Positions 27,501 to 38,600 of a DNA stretch of 64,000 nt are shown here, piece after piece (the stretch's first letter is position 1; every line of letters starts with the position of its first letter). This stretch comes from Podarcis cretensis. Lineage: Eukaryota. The notes under the pieces were generated by a model. The model searched no databases. It saw only the letters and a list, made by a program, of their open reading frames with translations, and had not been told where the DNA came from. The stretch lies in the NCBI GenBank assembly GCA_951804945.1, contig OX638154.1, positions 21,142,001 through 21,206,000 on the forward strand, read 5' to 3'. The translations under genes and the position numbers were made by a program.

Positions 27501-29700
27501 TTCCCTTCAGTAGCTTACCACAATACCAAATCTGATGTCTATAATCATCCTGCAACATCTTAGTTCACAAGTGTTCCCATTACTTTATTCATAACCACTT
27601 ACTTTACAAGGAAACACACTATCATAGTAATAAACAAAATACCTACAATTCTCCAGTTCCTTTTAATGTAATTCTTGAATGTGACAGAGGCACAGACTTT
27701 GATGACATTATCTTGGGACTTCTCCAGTAGAGTTAAAAGTAGCAGTGGGTAATTCTGGTTTCCTTCAACCGACTCAAGGAATTTTTCCGCTATAAAACAT
27801 TTAAATATAATGAATTTAGCAAAAAGGTTAGCTATTCCACAGTCTAAGCTCCAAACATTTAACACCATTTAATACAATACCAAGCTGGTATTTAGCATGA
27901 TACAGTGAAGAAATGGCTATTAATGGATTGTATCCTACTAAGCCACACTTAGGTAGATCCACTGAAATCAATTTATTTTATTCACAACCAGCTTGTTCAA
28001 TACCGTTACTGTTACTTGACCTACACAGAGTATGACTTAGTTGGATATCGCCTAATATTTCTATAACAGTACTTGCAACCCCACAATTATTAAACAGCTG
28101 CAATATGGCAACTGCAAATCATTTTAGATGCAGATCAGGAAGCTGCTCTTAAATTCTGTATCTTCACAATTTCTGAAAAGGTAGCCCAGTTTGGACTGTC
28201 ATCTTAACCTACATGTTATGACTGAATAACAAAGAGACAAAAAATATTAAGCCTCTCCTCTTCATTTTACTGAAAAACTTTGACATATAGTATTTTGAAG
28301 GTTTTCCAGAAATGCAGAATGCACAGCAAGAATTAGTAATGGAAGACCCAATTTAACTGATGGGAAGTAATTTAATGAAATAGTTACGTATTTTGTAAAA
28401 TTTAACAGTTGAACACCAATATTATACATATTTACTTATTTATATTTTGCAGTGTTAATAAACTGTTTTGGATTCAACGAACCACATAACTAGTTCCACA
28501 CAGCCAACAGATGTTTAGACTTAATGTTTCTTGTACAGAAGCTCTCCATGCTGCATGACAAGCCTGTTGTGAGAGCAGTTTCATAAGCTGTGTGAGATTA
28601 GGCCTGAGGATCTGCTGTTAAAAGCGGGAGGGGGGAGTCAACAATTCCACTAGGCAAAAACAGCACCTCCAGTAGTGACTCTTTCTAAGAGGTCAACACA
28701 GTGTGGACCTGACCTTCAATGCAATTCAATTAATATTTATTCAGAAGCAAATCCCAGTATATTCAATGGGGCTTACTCAAATCTAAGCATGCATAGATCA
28801 CTAATTTATCCGAACAGCTAATAAATAGAGATGTGCAAAATACACATTTGCCCCTCCTCTAGTCTTTTTGAAATTAGTTTGGTTTTTCTTGAGATTTCCA
28901 CAGTTACTTTGCCTAAGCAGGACCCCCTGAATTCACATTTACTATCCTGAGTGAGACCGTGGGTATAATCAAGATAAGTAAGGCATGCCTAATGAAGCTG
29001 AAGGGACGTGAAGTGCTTAAACAGTTCACTTCAACTTCAAATCTGATTTCAGATTTCAATGCAACCTACTCTCTTTGCATCATGCCCAATCACCTCAAAG
29101 GCAGATTTCAGAATGGAACCATGGACAGTTAATATGACTCAGAAAGTATTCACTGATCCGTCATGCAGTTTTGATTGCAGCAAGATTAAAGCTAACTTGC
29201 ATTTAATAATCAGTAACACGACTGCAATTCAAAAAGCATACAGATGGACCTTCTAACTTTTTTTAAAAAAGAATGTATGTCCAACTGTCACATGAGGTTT
29301 CCAGGGGTGAGCCATCCCACCCACACAACTGATCTGCATTTAAAGTGACAGAAAGTAAAAAGAGGTCTCATTTTGACACATACTGATTTCAGTCAGCCTG
29401 CTCCTTCAGATAAGAACATATTGAAAAAAATCAAGCAGTTTTCTTTTTCATTAATGAATGTTGTCCCAACAGTTTGAAAAACCATGTTCTGGGCCATTAC
29501 CATTGATTCTGAAAAACCCAGAAAATGACTAAACAGTTCTTATAATGTTTTGGGTCAAACTATCACTAGACACCATTCAATACAGGCTCAAATTTCATAT
29601 TTTTAAACTGTTTACCAGGACGCCTTATGGCAGGATCAGGATCAAGTGTCTTCTTTAAGTATTCTGTCAAAGTCTGCAAATTGGCATCACTCAGTTCCAT
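6479..29700 (-). CDS. CSE1L: Exportin-2 / chromosome segregation 1-like, complete spliced CDS (24 coding exons, 971 aa)
   Basis: Runs [23 protein letters not shown] ... [11 protein letters not shown]. Exon lengths sum to 2916 nt, phases are consistent, all introns are GT-AG. Confidence 0.99.
7394..7625 (-). CDS. CSE1L: CSE1L exon 24
   Basis: [17 protein letters not shown]...STACPGR, 232 nt. Confidence 0.96.
7737..8040 (-). mobile_element. Sauria SINE, 5'-truncated
   Basis: Reverse of the (ACCTTT)n tail, BovB-like gagtcggacacgact segment, central cttccgggtcacgtggccagc. Confidence 0.9.
9188..9334 (-). CDS. CSE1L: CSE1L exon 23
   Basis: [16 protein letters not shown]...EYTKLW, 147 nt. Confidence 0.96.
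9975..9996. repeat. (AAAC)n tail of a degenerate L2/SINE 3' end
   Basis: aaacaaacaaac preceded by ggaagggtgggatatgaatttaat. Confidence 0.7.
10100..10305 (+). mobile_element. tRNA-derived CORE-type SINE (MIR/Squam3-like)
   Basis: A box tggtatagtgg, B box gggttcaaatcc, CORE segment aacctacttcacagggttgttgtgggaataaa. Confidence 0.75.
10335..10416 (-). CDS. CSE1L: CSE1L exon 22
   Basis: [27 protein letters not shown], 82 nt. Confidence 0.95.
10851..10936 (-). CDS. CSE1L: CSE1L exon 21
   Basis: [28 protein letters not shown], 86 nt. Confidence 0.95.
11105..11202 (-). CDS. CSE1L: CSE1L exon 20
   Basis: [33 protein letters not shown], 98 nt. Confidence 0.96.
12319..12527 (-). CDS. CSE1L: CSE1L exon 19
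   Basis: [14 protein letters not shown]...AAADKI, 209 nt. Confidence 0.96.
12949..13099 (-). CDS. CSE1L: CSE1L exon 18
   Basis: [20 protein letters not shown]...QNDVQ, 151 nt. Confidence 0.96.
14027..14124 (-). CDS. CSE1L: CSE1L exon 17
   Basis: [32 protein letters not shown], 98 nt. Confidence 0.95.
14360..14732 (+). mobile_element. Sauria SINE, full length
   Basis: tRNA-like head (tggcgctgtgg, ggttcgaatcc), (ACCTTT)n tail, 14-bp TSD TATTTG(C/G)ACTAATA at 14343-14356 and 14733-14746. Confidence 0.93.
14762..14865 (-). CDS. CSE1L: CSE1L exon 16
   Basis: [34 protein letters not shown], 104 nt. Confidence 0.95.
15240..15376 (-). CDS. CSE1L: CSE1L exon 15
   Basis: [36 protein letters not shown]..., 137 nt. 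Confidence 0.95.
16375..16436 (-). CDS. CSE1L: CSE1L exon 14
   Basis: [20 protein letters not shown], 62 nt. Confidence 0.95.
16765..17010. mobile_element. Old non-autonomous DNA transposon fragment (hAT-like)
   Basis: Shares segments (ggaactc..gccacac, ggccctgcccacc..gcatgtggcccc) with 50270-50460. Confidence 0.4.
17300..17384 (-). CDS. CSE1L: CSE1L exon 13
   Basis: [28 protein letters not shown], 85 nt. Confidence 0.95.
18381..18583 (-). CDS. CSE1L: CSE1L exon 12
   Basis: [19 protein letters not shown]...KAQTQK, 203 nt. Confidence 0.96.
19666..19731 (-). CDS. CSE1L: CSE1L exon 11
   Basis: [21 protein letters not shown], 66 nt. Confidence 0.95.
20600..20730. mobile_element. Degenerate hairpin hAT-type MITE
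   Basis: caactcccatcagccc...gggagttgcaatctaacaacagctggag inverted arms. Confidence 0.6.
20956..21085 (-). CDS. CSE1L: CSE1L exon 10
   Basis: [25 protein letters not shown]...PNMEFR, 130 nt. Confidence 0.95.
21177..21344 (-). CDS. CSE1L: CSE1L exon 9
   Basis: [30 protein letters not shown]...KYDL, 168 nt. Confidence 0.96.
22158..22250 (-). CDS. CSE1L: CSE1L exon 8
   Basis: [31 protein letters not shown], 93 nt. Confidence 0.95.
23189..23296 (-). CDS. CSE1L: CSE1L exon 7
   Basis: [12 protein letters not shown]...FYSLNFQ, 108 nt. Confidence 0.96.
23844..23934 (-). CDS. CSE1L: CSE1L exon 6
   Basis: [30 protein letters not shown], 91 nt. Confidence 0.95.
24107..24252 (-). CDS. CSE1L: CSE1L exon 5
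   Basis: [21 protein letters not shown]...AHSLFK, 146 nt. Confidence 0.95.
25321..25422 (-). CDS. CSE1L: CSE1L exon 4
   Basis: [34 protein letters not shown], 102 nt. Confidence 0.95.
26731..27435 (-). mobile_element. Sauria SINE split by a CR1 insertion (halves 26731-26851 and 27265-27435)
   Basis: The halves join as gtggccagcat|gactaagccgc, matching the uninterrupted copy at 30912-30932. Confidence 0.92.
26852..27264 (-). mobile_element. CR1 LINE 3' fragment
   Basis: ORF2 end [24 protein letters not shown]...; 1-nt frameshift near 27068; (ATTCTATG)n tail. Confidence 0.95.
27647..27789 (-). CDS. CSE1L: CSE1L exon 3
   Basis: [18 protein letters not shown]...KRNWRI (importin-beta N-terminal domain), 143 nt. 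Confidence 0.96.
29616..29700 (-). CDS. CSE1L: CSE1L exon 2 (start codon)
   Basis: ATG at 29698-29700; [28 protein letters not shown]; acceptor at ~29711. Confidence 0.97.
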
Positions 29701-29932
29701 AACTGCAGAACCTAAAAATTTAACAAAAATTTCTATAAAAATCAGAAACAAGAACAAGAGTCATAAGCAAAATTTCTGTATATTGCTACATGTTTTTGAA
29801 CCACCTGTTATACTTGTTTCCATTGCCTTCTGAAAAATCTCTCTGGAAAGTCAAGGAACCCTTGGGAACAACCACTAGAAGAAAAAACCCGACAGGCATG
29901 TATGAAAACCTCTAGGTGCACACATGCAGTTT

Positions 29933-30181
29933 GAGAGCCAGTGTGGTGTAGTGGTTAAGAGCAGTAGACTCGTAATCTGGTGAACCGGGTTCACTTCCCC
30001 ACTCCTCCACATGCAGCTGCTGGGTGACATTGGGCTAGTCACATTTCTTTGAAGTCTCTCAACCCCACTTACCTCACAAAGTGTTTGTGGGGGAGGAAGG
30101 GAAAGGAGAATGTTAGCTGCTTTGAGACTCCTTAGGGTAATGATAAAGCGGGATATCAAATCCAAACTCCTCCTCTTCTTT
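29933..30181 (+). mobile_element. tRNA-derived SINE (Squam3-like), near full length
   Basis: A box tggtgtagtgg, B-box-like gggttcact, CORE-like segment, L2-like tail ending in (CTT)n. Confidence 0.8.
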
Positions 30182-30801
30182 AGTTTTAGATAAGTTACAT
30201 ACAACATACATACAACATACAAAATCAGGAACCAAAGTGATCATTCACATACATGTACACACAGACAATTATTGACAACTGATTATAATACTGAGAGGCT
30301 TCTGGAAACAACAAGAATTCCCTCTCCTGCGCAACTGGGCAACAGAAAGGTCACTATACTCTCATTACTCTTCTGAAACTCTGGAACTGACAGCCCCAGT
30401 TGGAACATTGAACTCTCCTCCTGAATTCTAAGCTATTCACTGATCTACTGAGAGCCATGGGACCAAGAATAAACAGTTGAGCAAAGAGGAGGGCACATTA
30501 TGTGTGCATGTATGGATCTGATGGATAATGCAAGAAATGATGAACATGGCTAACTCAATACATGGCCTGTTAGAGGCATGAGGCGGTTAATCAGGCAACC
30601 AAGGGTGACCCTCCAGTGTCTCTTCCATAGATCACGCTTCTTGGTTTACTGACAAGCTTGAACACTAGTGGTAAAAAACAAAGAATTTTCCATATGGTGC
30701 AGGGGCTGTTAGACTCCACTCACTGTAACAGTTAAATTTTGCTGAAAAATCTTCTAAGGTACTGTCCAACTGGGGCATAATTAGATACTGCCTATAGTAA
30801 G

Positions 30802-30978
30802 TAAAGGTAAAGGGACCCCTGACCATTAGGTCCAGTCGTGACCGACTCTGGGGTTGCGGCGCTCATCTCGCTTTATTGACCGAGGGAGCCGGCGTACAGG
30901 TTCCGGGTCATGTGGCCAGCATGACTAAGCCGTTTCTGGTGAACCAGAGCAGCACATGGAAACACTGTTTACCTTCCC
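30802..30978 (-). mobile_element. Sauria SINE, 5'-truncated
   Basis: 3' half of the consensus; candidate TSD CCTATAG at 30791-30797 and 30977-30983. Confidence 0.9.
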
Positions 30979-31253
30979 TATAGAGGAAGTGTCAAAAGCA
31001 TCCACTTGTTGCAGTTGCATGGCTCACGTCTGACCTAGTTTCCACACAGGTTGTTTGATACTGTGAAGGCCATGATGTGTGTTTTCACCCCAGACCCATC
31101 ACGACAGATGAAAACTTCTAGCTACCATTACAAACATTTTCCTGGAGAAGGTCCACCCACTGCTTAAGAAACCACTGTTGTATGAGGAGGATCCAGCCGC
31201 TGTTAACCCAGTTTCACTGCTACAAAATGCTACTGCACATCTCCTAAATAATA

Positions 31254-31462
31254 CAGTGGTACCTCGGGTTAAGTACTTAATTCATTCCGGAGGTCCGTAC
31301 TTAACCTGAAGCACCACTTTAGCTAATGGAGCCTCCCGCTGCTGCCGCGCCACCACTGCGCGATTTCTGTTCTCATCCTGAAGCAAAGTTCTTAACCTGA
31401 AGCACTATTTCTGGGTTAGCGGAGTCTGTAACCTGAAGCATATGTAACCCGAGGTACCACTG
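31254..31462. mobile_element. Tc1/mariner (pogo/Tigger-like) MITE
   Basis: Perfect 18-bp TIRs CAGTGGTACCTCGGGTTA / TAACCCGAGGTACCACTG flanked by TA. Confidence 0.92.
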
Positions 31463-31979
31463 TACTGGGAGATGTAAACATACTCTATTTCATGCCATTT
31501 ACTGGTATGTCTATTACCTTGACTGCTTCCTCACTTAATGCAAAAGTAACCTTTACAAACAGCCTGTGCTGTGAGTTCAGGAAGTGGCTATTATTCTTTC
31601 TCAACTCCTAATTTGCAATGTGGAAATAAAATGCCATGCAAAATTACCACAAACGTTTATGGAAATCCTTTGAAATGTAACATTCCATGCAAGCACCTAA
31701 GAATCACCTCTGAACACGTGCAGAGTGGCTTTCCCTCGCCACTGAACACCCGCAAGTCTTTTCCAAGTCAGGTTAGGAAACACCCCATTTCCGCATAAGC
31801 CTGAGACCCATCACATCCTTCTAGAGCTACCAGCAGCGTAGTCACTGACATGCATGCTTACTCTGAAGTCAGCCCAGCTCTATTCAGTGGGGCTCACGCC
31901 CGGGAAAAGTACGCACAGGATTGCAGCCTAAGCCTTGGTTGGCACCCGCTCATTATACCCAGGGAACCAGGAGCTACAA

Positions 31980-32850
31980 ATCCCGCTCCCTCCGCAGCAT
32001 GTGGCAGTCCCGTGGCCTCCGGGCTGAGTCCGCGATGAGAGAGGCTTGGCCTTAATACCACGAAGGGGGAAATCGCAACGGAGAGACAGTGATTGAAAGT
32101 ATATTCGGATCACACCACCTCGTTATTTCGCCCACCGGAGTGGCAGCTGCGGTGGCCAATCAACAGGGCGCTTTCGTCACGGGCTAGGCTGAAGGACCAA
32201 CGGGGGGCGCGCGCAGCCCCGAAGGGGCGGGCCGAGGCAGACGCAGCATGCTCAGGTGCGCCCCCTCCCTCGGCTGGGCCCACAAGCCGAGAGCCACCCG
32301 AGGGCCGGGGAAGGCGGACCGCGGCCGCCTCCCTTCGGGGCTCCGCCGCCTCCCCCCTGCCCGACTCAGGGCTCCGGACCCCCGCCGCTCAGGCGCCCGG
32401 CCTCACCTGACGGGACCCCTTGAGAGAGCACGACTAGCAGCGACGGCGGCGACAGCAACTCCTCCGCTTCACATTCAAACCTCGGCGAGAGGGCGCGGCG
32501 GCGACGTAGTGACCGAATTACGCAGGGCGCCGAGCGGCCTCTTCTCCCCCCCTCCCCGCCGGGCACCAATCAGCGGCCGCCTTCTCGAAAGGCCCCAGCC
32601 AATTCCGAGCGCGAGCCTGCCCAGTCCGGGCGGGCCAATGGGCTTCGCCCTGCTCAGCGGTTTCCCACAAGGCACCGCGGCTTGGCTCAAGCCTGACCCG
32701 GGAGGCTGAGAGCAGAAGGGCAGCGGCGCGCCCGGAAGCTGGATGACGGCGCCGCTGCTGTCCTTTGGCTTCGTTCTGCTGCTGCGCATCGGTCCACCCA
32801 GGCTAACCCAGGGGTGGGTGGAAGGCAGAGCGGGACGTGCGGGGACACCT
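31980..32850. promoter_or_regulatory. CSE1L: CSE1L CpG-island promoter
   Basis: GC/CpG-rich; CCAAT at 32566, 32599 and 32635; GC boxes; TTTGAA (minus) at 32474-32479. Confidence 0.88.
32407..32500 (-). other. CSE1L: CSE1L non-coding exon 1
   Basis: Donor CAG|GTGAGG at 32407/32406 inside a CpG island; 5' end approximate. Confidence 0.75.
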
Positions 32851-32913
32851 TGTAAAGGTTTATGATAATGTCGTCATCACATTTTGAACTTCTGCCCCTG
32901 CTCTGTACATGAA

Positions 32914-33521
32914 TGTTGTTGTTTAGTCGTTTAGTCGTGTCTGACTCTTCGGGACCCCATGGACCATTGCACGCCAGGCACTCCTGTCTTCCACTGCCTC
33001 CCGCAGTTTGGTCAAACTCATGCTGGTAGCTTCGAGAACACTGTCCAACCATCTCGTCCTCTGTCGCCCCCTTCTCCTTGTGCCCTCCATCTTTCCCAAC
33101 ATCAGAGTCTTTTCCAGGGAGTCTTCTCTTCTCATGAGGTGGCCAAAGTACTGGAGCCTCAGCTTCACAATCTGTCCTTCCAGTGAGCACTCAGGGCTGA
33201 TTTCCTTCAGAATGGAGAGGTTTGATCTTCTTGCAGTCCATGGGACTCTCAAGAGTCTCCTCCAGCACCATAATTCAAAAGCATCAATTCTTCGGCGATC
33301 AGCCTTCTTTATGGTCCAGCTCTCACTTCCATACATCACTGCTGGGAAAACCATGGCTTTAACTATACGGACCTTTGTTGGCAAGGTGATGTCTCTGCTT
33401 TTTAAGATGCTGCCTAGGTTTGTCATTGCTTTTCTCCCAAGAAGCAGGCGTCTTTTAATTTTGTGACTGTTGTCACCATCTGCAGTGATCATGGAGCCCA
33501 AGAAAGTAAAATCTCTCACTG
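32914..33521 (-). mobile_element. BovB (RTE-clade LINE) 3' fragment with uninterrupted ORF end
   Basis: 198-aa ORF ...IKRRLLLGRKAMTNL...VFPAVMYGSESWTIKK...IDAFELWCWRRLLRVPWTARRSN...; (AAC)n tail; possible CATGA TSD. Confidence 0.96.
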
Positions 33522-35189
33522 CATGATAGGGAAGCGTTTTAATGTTCTTGTATATAAAACCCAGTCAGGTGGTCGGGGTACAAATCAACTGTTGTTGTTG
33601 TTTGTGTACCTTCGGCCAGGGTTGCAACCTGTCCTATATAATACAGGATTGTCTTGCATTTCAGTATAAAATGCAACGTCCTGTATTGATACAGTTTGGT
33701 CCTATATTTCAGGTCTTCTCTCTGCTAGGTTAGGGATCATCTCTAACTGCATGTTTGAAGGGATGTGTGAAAAAGATCATGTATTTAAGCTCTGGGTAGC
33801 CAAGCACAGACAGATTTACAAGTTCATGTATGTGTGTGTGGCGGGGGTGGGGGTGGTGTGGTGTATGTGCGTGACAGATTCCATAGCGGCTATCCTGTTA
33901 GGCTGCAGTAAATGGTAATGGATTGCTTTGAAGTCACTTCAGCACCAGATTATTATTATTATTATTAAAAATGCCCTTAACCGCCCCGCCCTGTATGTTG
34001 CCAGAACAAAGTTGGCAACTCTGCTTCACACACACACATAATAGGAGCTTTTGAATGTGGATGAGGAAAGGAGATAAGTGGGAGGCTGTCGTGGGACATC
34101 TAACCATGACATCTAGCTCGTGTTTCCATCTGTGCTCTAAATGCTTTGGTGTCTTTGTATCACTGCTGCCAGCTGCTGAGCATAACTGGTATAGCACCTT
34201 CCACCCTTTCCATAGGGACCCCTCCATTCAATCTTTTCAATGCACATAATTTCTGCTCATGATGCTATTGCGGCAGTTATATGCAATCCCACTTTCAATA
34301 CTACTTGTGCCAGCAGAAGTTTTGGGGTAGTCATACTACTTCGTTTCTAGTCCCTGCATATCCTGCAATTTCCTGCTGAAATGACGTAACTTCATACTGC
34401 AAATGTGTTGGGTTTTTATTTATTTTTTTGGTCCCAGTTTAGTTGCCCTGGAGCCCCTCTGGACAGCAGTAACGTGGTAGTATCGGGGAAGCACCACAGA
34501 ATAACTAGTAAAGCAGACTAAATCCACCACTAAGGCATTATCATCATTATTAGCAGTTACACCTGCAGGAAAACAGCAGACCAGGATGGGCTTTTCTTTA
34601 CAATGAAGCTTTCAGAAAGCTGCAATAAAGCTTTCAGAACTAGGACAATTGTACACCATATGCTGGCCCTGGGTGGCTACTGGGTACTAGCAAAGCAAAA
34701 TATTCACTATGCTTATATTCCATTCTCTTGGAAAGCTCCGAGTGCTTTATATGGATGGGGCAAACAGGGTTCTGCTAAGATACTGCTCATGTGCGCACAC
34801 AGCAGCTTAACCTCAACAATGCTGCAGGCATCACATGCTCACTTTGCAGTGCTGTAGTCAGCAGACACTTTGAAAACAGGACTGAAATATTTAACTTCCG
34901 GCTACCTGCTGCACGTTGCTACAAATTTTATACATACAAAAAGGGCAGATGAACATGAAGTTGCATGCAACCGCTGGCCCTGGTTTTTATTTTATATATA
35001 TATACACACCAATCTTCCTTGGAAGAGCAGCAGCAGGGGACTGGATGGTTCTGAAAATCACAGCTACTTTTTCTCTTGAAAAGGAAAAAGATGGTAGAAC
35101 TGGTGCACTTTTGTCCATGGGCAAAACAGTTTACAATAAAATTATGTAAATGTAATTGTACATGTTTATACCAGGGGTTTCCCTTTACA

Positions 35190-35290
35190 GCAGGTGCAAC
35201 CAATGTGGGGTCTTTCAGATGTTGTTGAACTCCCACCAGCCCCAGCCACCACTGTCAACTATCAGACAATAGGGGAGTCTGACACACTGC
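35190..35290. mobile_element. Degenerate hairpin MITE fragment
   Basis: tcagatgttgttgaactcccaccagccccagcc resembles the hairpin family. Confidence 0.45.
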
Positions 35291-35629
35291 AAAGTGCTGG
35301 ATAAGTAGATCCTTGTGTTGCAACCACTGGCACCACACATAGGGAAGATTTCCTTGAATGGAAATCATTGCTATGAACGTATCATTCTTGGCTGGATTGG
35401 GTGACGCATAACAAGCTGTTCCATCTATCTGCCAGTATTGGAACACTTTGGCTGGTTCCAGACAAGATGTTTATTGTGGAATGAGTGGGTCTCATTCACT
35501 CAAAATTTTACAAGGGGAAGTGGACCAGACTTTATCAGGCATGTTATACCTGTGTTTTCCTCTATAGTATCACCCCATCCAACTGGATACAAATAGTTGA
35601 TGAAAGCTTTAAATCATTACATTTGAAAA

Positions 35630-38600
35630 AGAAAGTTCGTTTTTAAACTTTTATTTACCACCTGATTAAAGCATGGAATACAACAGTATTATACATAATA
35701 TTTTTATGTAAAAAACTTTACATAGCTTTTCATAATTATATAATTATTCTGCTATTCTCTCAAAAATGTATACATCCATCGGGCAAGGAATGCTTTTCAT
35801 TAACTTAATGATATTAAATGCACTTCATAATAGAAGATCTCTTAAGAAAAAAAGTAGCTTGTAACTAATTTTAGGCATTTATATAGGTAAAACATTTTGC
35901 ACAAAGTATATTTTATTTAAAGTTGCAAAGAGATATTCTGGACAAAATGTCAAGACATTTAGGAACTGCACCTCTCACAAATTGTTTCAAGCCAAGGATC
36001 ATATCATCTGATTAAATGTTAAAATAAAATTTGGGGGCAAATTTCACTGGCCATTTTACACTGGCTTAAGTTATCTTCAAACACGATTGTGCTAGTGGTA
36101 AGCAAACTATCCTTATGAAATGCAACACACAAAGATTTAAGCAAACTTTATTCCATCAACTTTGCTCAAAAAATAAACCAGCTTGTGTGCAAATATGCAG
36201 GCTTAAGACATTTGAGCCTCGCTTTGAATTTATACTACAGACCTTTAACATACAGGAGCTGTACTGGACTTTTGTTCTATCTCTGGTTTAGAATTTAAAT
36301 AAATAAACTTAACTTTCAGAAAAGGGTGCAAAAATAATAATAATAAAGCTCCATAAGACAACCCTCAAACCCTTCAGGATATCTGTCTATGTTAACCGTT
36401 TTTCCTCACCTGTTTACTGTAGAGTGCCTCTTCCAAATATTGACTACATGTAGATTTGTACATCTTGTCAAACTGTATTCTACACATTTTACTGTGGCAT
36501 AACTTACTTTCATCAGTTTAAATGTCTCCAATTGTAAGAGTGCTCTGTGGGCTACTGTAGATACAAAGCTGGACAGCCACAGTTAAAGAGAATATGAGCA
36601 GGCTCTGTGTGTTCTTATCTCCCTTCTCCAGTTCCTATTCCTGCTGCCACAATTCCCAATTCATAGTTTAACAATGTGTCTGCATCAGCAATAACCAGGG
36701 TTAATGCTAACCAGAGTTTACATCTTAAAACTGTTTGAGAAGCAGGTCTGCAACCTCTGGTTTAAAAGGAAACCTGATGACTGTTAACCACGAGTGCACA
36801 CAGTATAGTGGTAAAGCTAAACCAAGGTTAATGCTGATTAGGACAGAGGGTAGGAATTCATACTAGAAATGGGAGGAAGAGGCCTGTGTTCTGCATGAGT
36901 CCATGGGTCGCTCCTGATCTCTAAGTTACGGTTAACGGATGGGCAGAAATATGTACATAGGACCTTACACAAACCTCTAATCCTACATTGGATCCAAGAC
37001 ACAGAATTCTGCTGCTGACCTGTACCGGCTGAATCAAATTTCATGTGGGTCGAAGGAAGTCTATAGGAGGTACTGTGTTTAGTCTGCAGAATCTGCTCCA
37101 CGATCTGCACTCAAATGAATTGCTGTGAAAGCAGACGGAGAGAATTCCTATCACTGTTACGATTGTCCTTGGAGTTTGGTGCTGACAAAATGGAAAGGTA
37201 CACTGAAGCCCATAGCCACTGCAAGAACACATCCAGACATTACATGTACGATATCAATCTCCACAGATCTAGTACACACACACTTTCAGGAACATCTGGA
37301 GTAAGGCTATTATGGAGTCTCTCTCTTTCTCTACACACACACACACACAGATCATATGGTAATCTAGATCCCTGCCTCCGCCCCTCCAAGTGTCATTAAA
37401 TTAAACTTCAGCCATTTGAAAATGTAACTGTTGACTGCTAACAGCTTACTGAAGGAAACGAAGTCATTTAACACTAAGGCTTTAAAAAGTTCTAAGTTGT
37501 ATGATCAGAATATTATCTATAAGCTAAGATCTCACATATAAAGCTTCTTCATATTATTTTACATTGCAAAGTTCTGGAAGATACTATTACAGTCCCAAGG
37601 GTATTGCACTTCTCCTTCAGATTCTGAAGCAGCTGTAATGTTGCCATGCTCTCTTAATAAAAGACAAACAGCTACAACTTTGAACAGGTAACACTTGACA
37701 AAACGGGGTGGAGGCCAAGCTGCATTCATACAATGTATTAATAGCAGAACCATAGCAGTGGAAAAAATAAACAGCTCAATTAAAGAATATGTCCAATTAA
37801 AGAATATGTGGATGTAAATTTATATATTTATATATAAACAATAAATGACTTGGTACACAGTGAAATACATATCTATGATGCAAACTTAAAAGTTGAAATT
37901 TCTTTCAGTTTTGAAGAAAGTCAGACTATTGTTTTTTTCACTGTGGCAAAATGCCACCACAATCTTAAAATAAATTACTCACATTTCTGTCAACGTACTT
38001 CATATGAGACAAATGCTGCAGCTCTTATGCAAAAAAATTCTTTGGTAGAGAAATTAAACGTCAGAAACTGTTATTACTTATATTAATGACCAAACACAAA
38101 TATAAAACAAAATTAACTTGAGATAGAGAGCACCAGTATTTAACAAAACAAATCCAGCCGTCAATTCTGGTTCTCCAAAAACCGCAACAACTTTGGTTGA
38201 GCTAAACAGCCAAACTCAATTTACAAAGCAAAAAGTTCCAAACACACTGAACCCCAATCACATTTCAACTCAGGCGTTATCATTTTCAATGGAACTTCAG
38301 GAACACTTGCTTAGGATTGCAGCCAACCAACTACCATTTCCCCACCCCCAATTAAGTTAATACTTTTACCATTCTTATTTGCAGATATGGGTAAGTACAA
38401 AATATGCTTAATAATACACTTGCGCTTGCATTTTTAAATATATATACACATTTGGACGGAAACAATTCCCTTCCTGCCCTCTTATGCAAATCTTACACTC
38501 ATATCGGAGGGTTGAAATACAACTAAACAGGTTCTAGCCTGCTATACCTTACAAAACTATTTCCTCTACTAGGCCAAGAATACTAAGACATGGTCTTACA

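Noticed and set aside
32093-33466. Overlapping ORFs around the CSE1L promoter and antisense to BovB
   Set aside because: GC-island artefacts and alternate-frame or antisense shadows of the BovB ORF.
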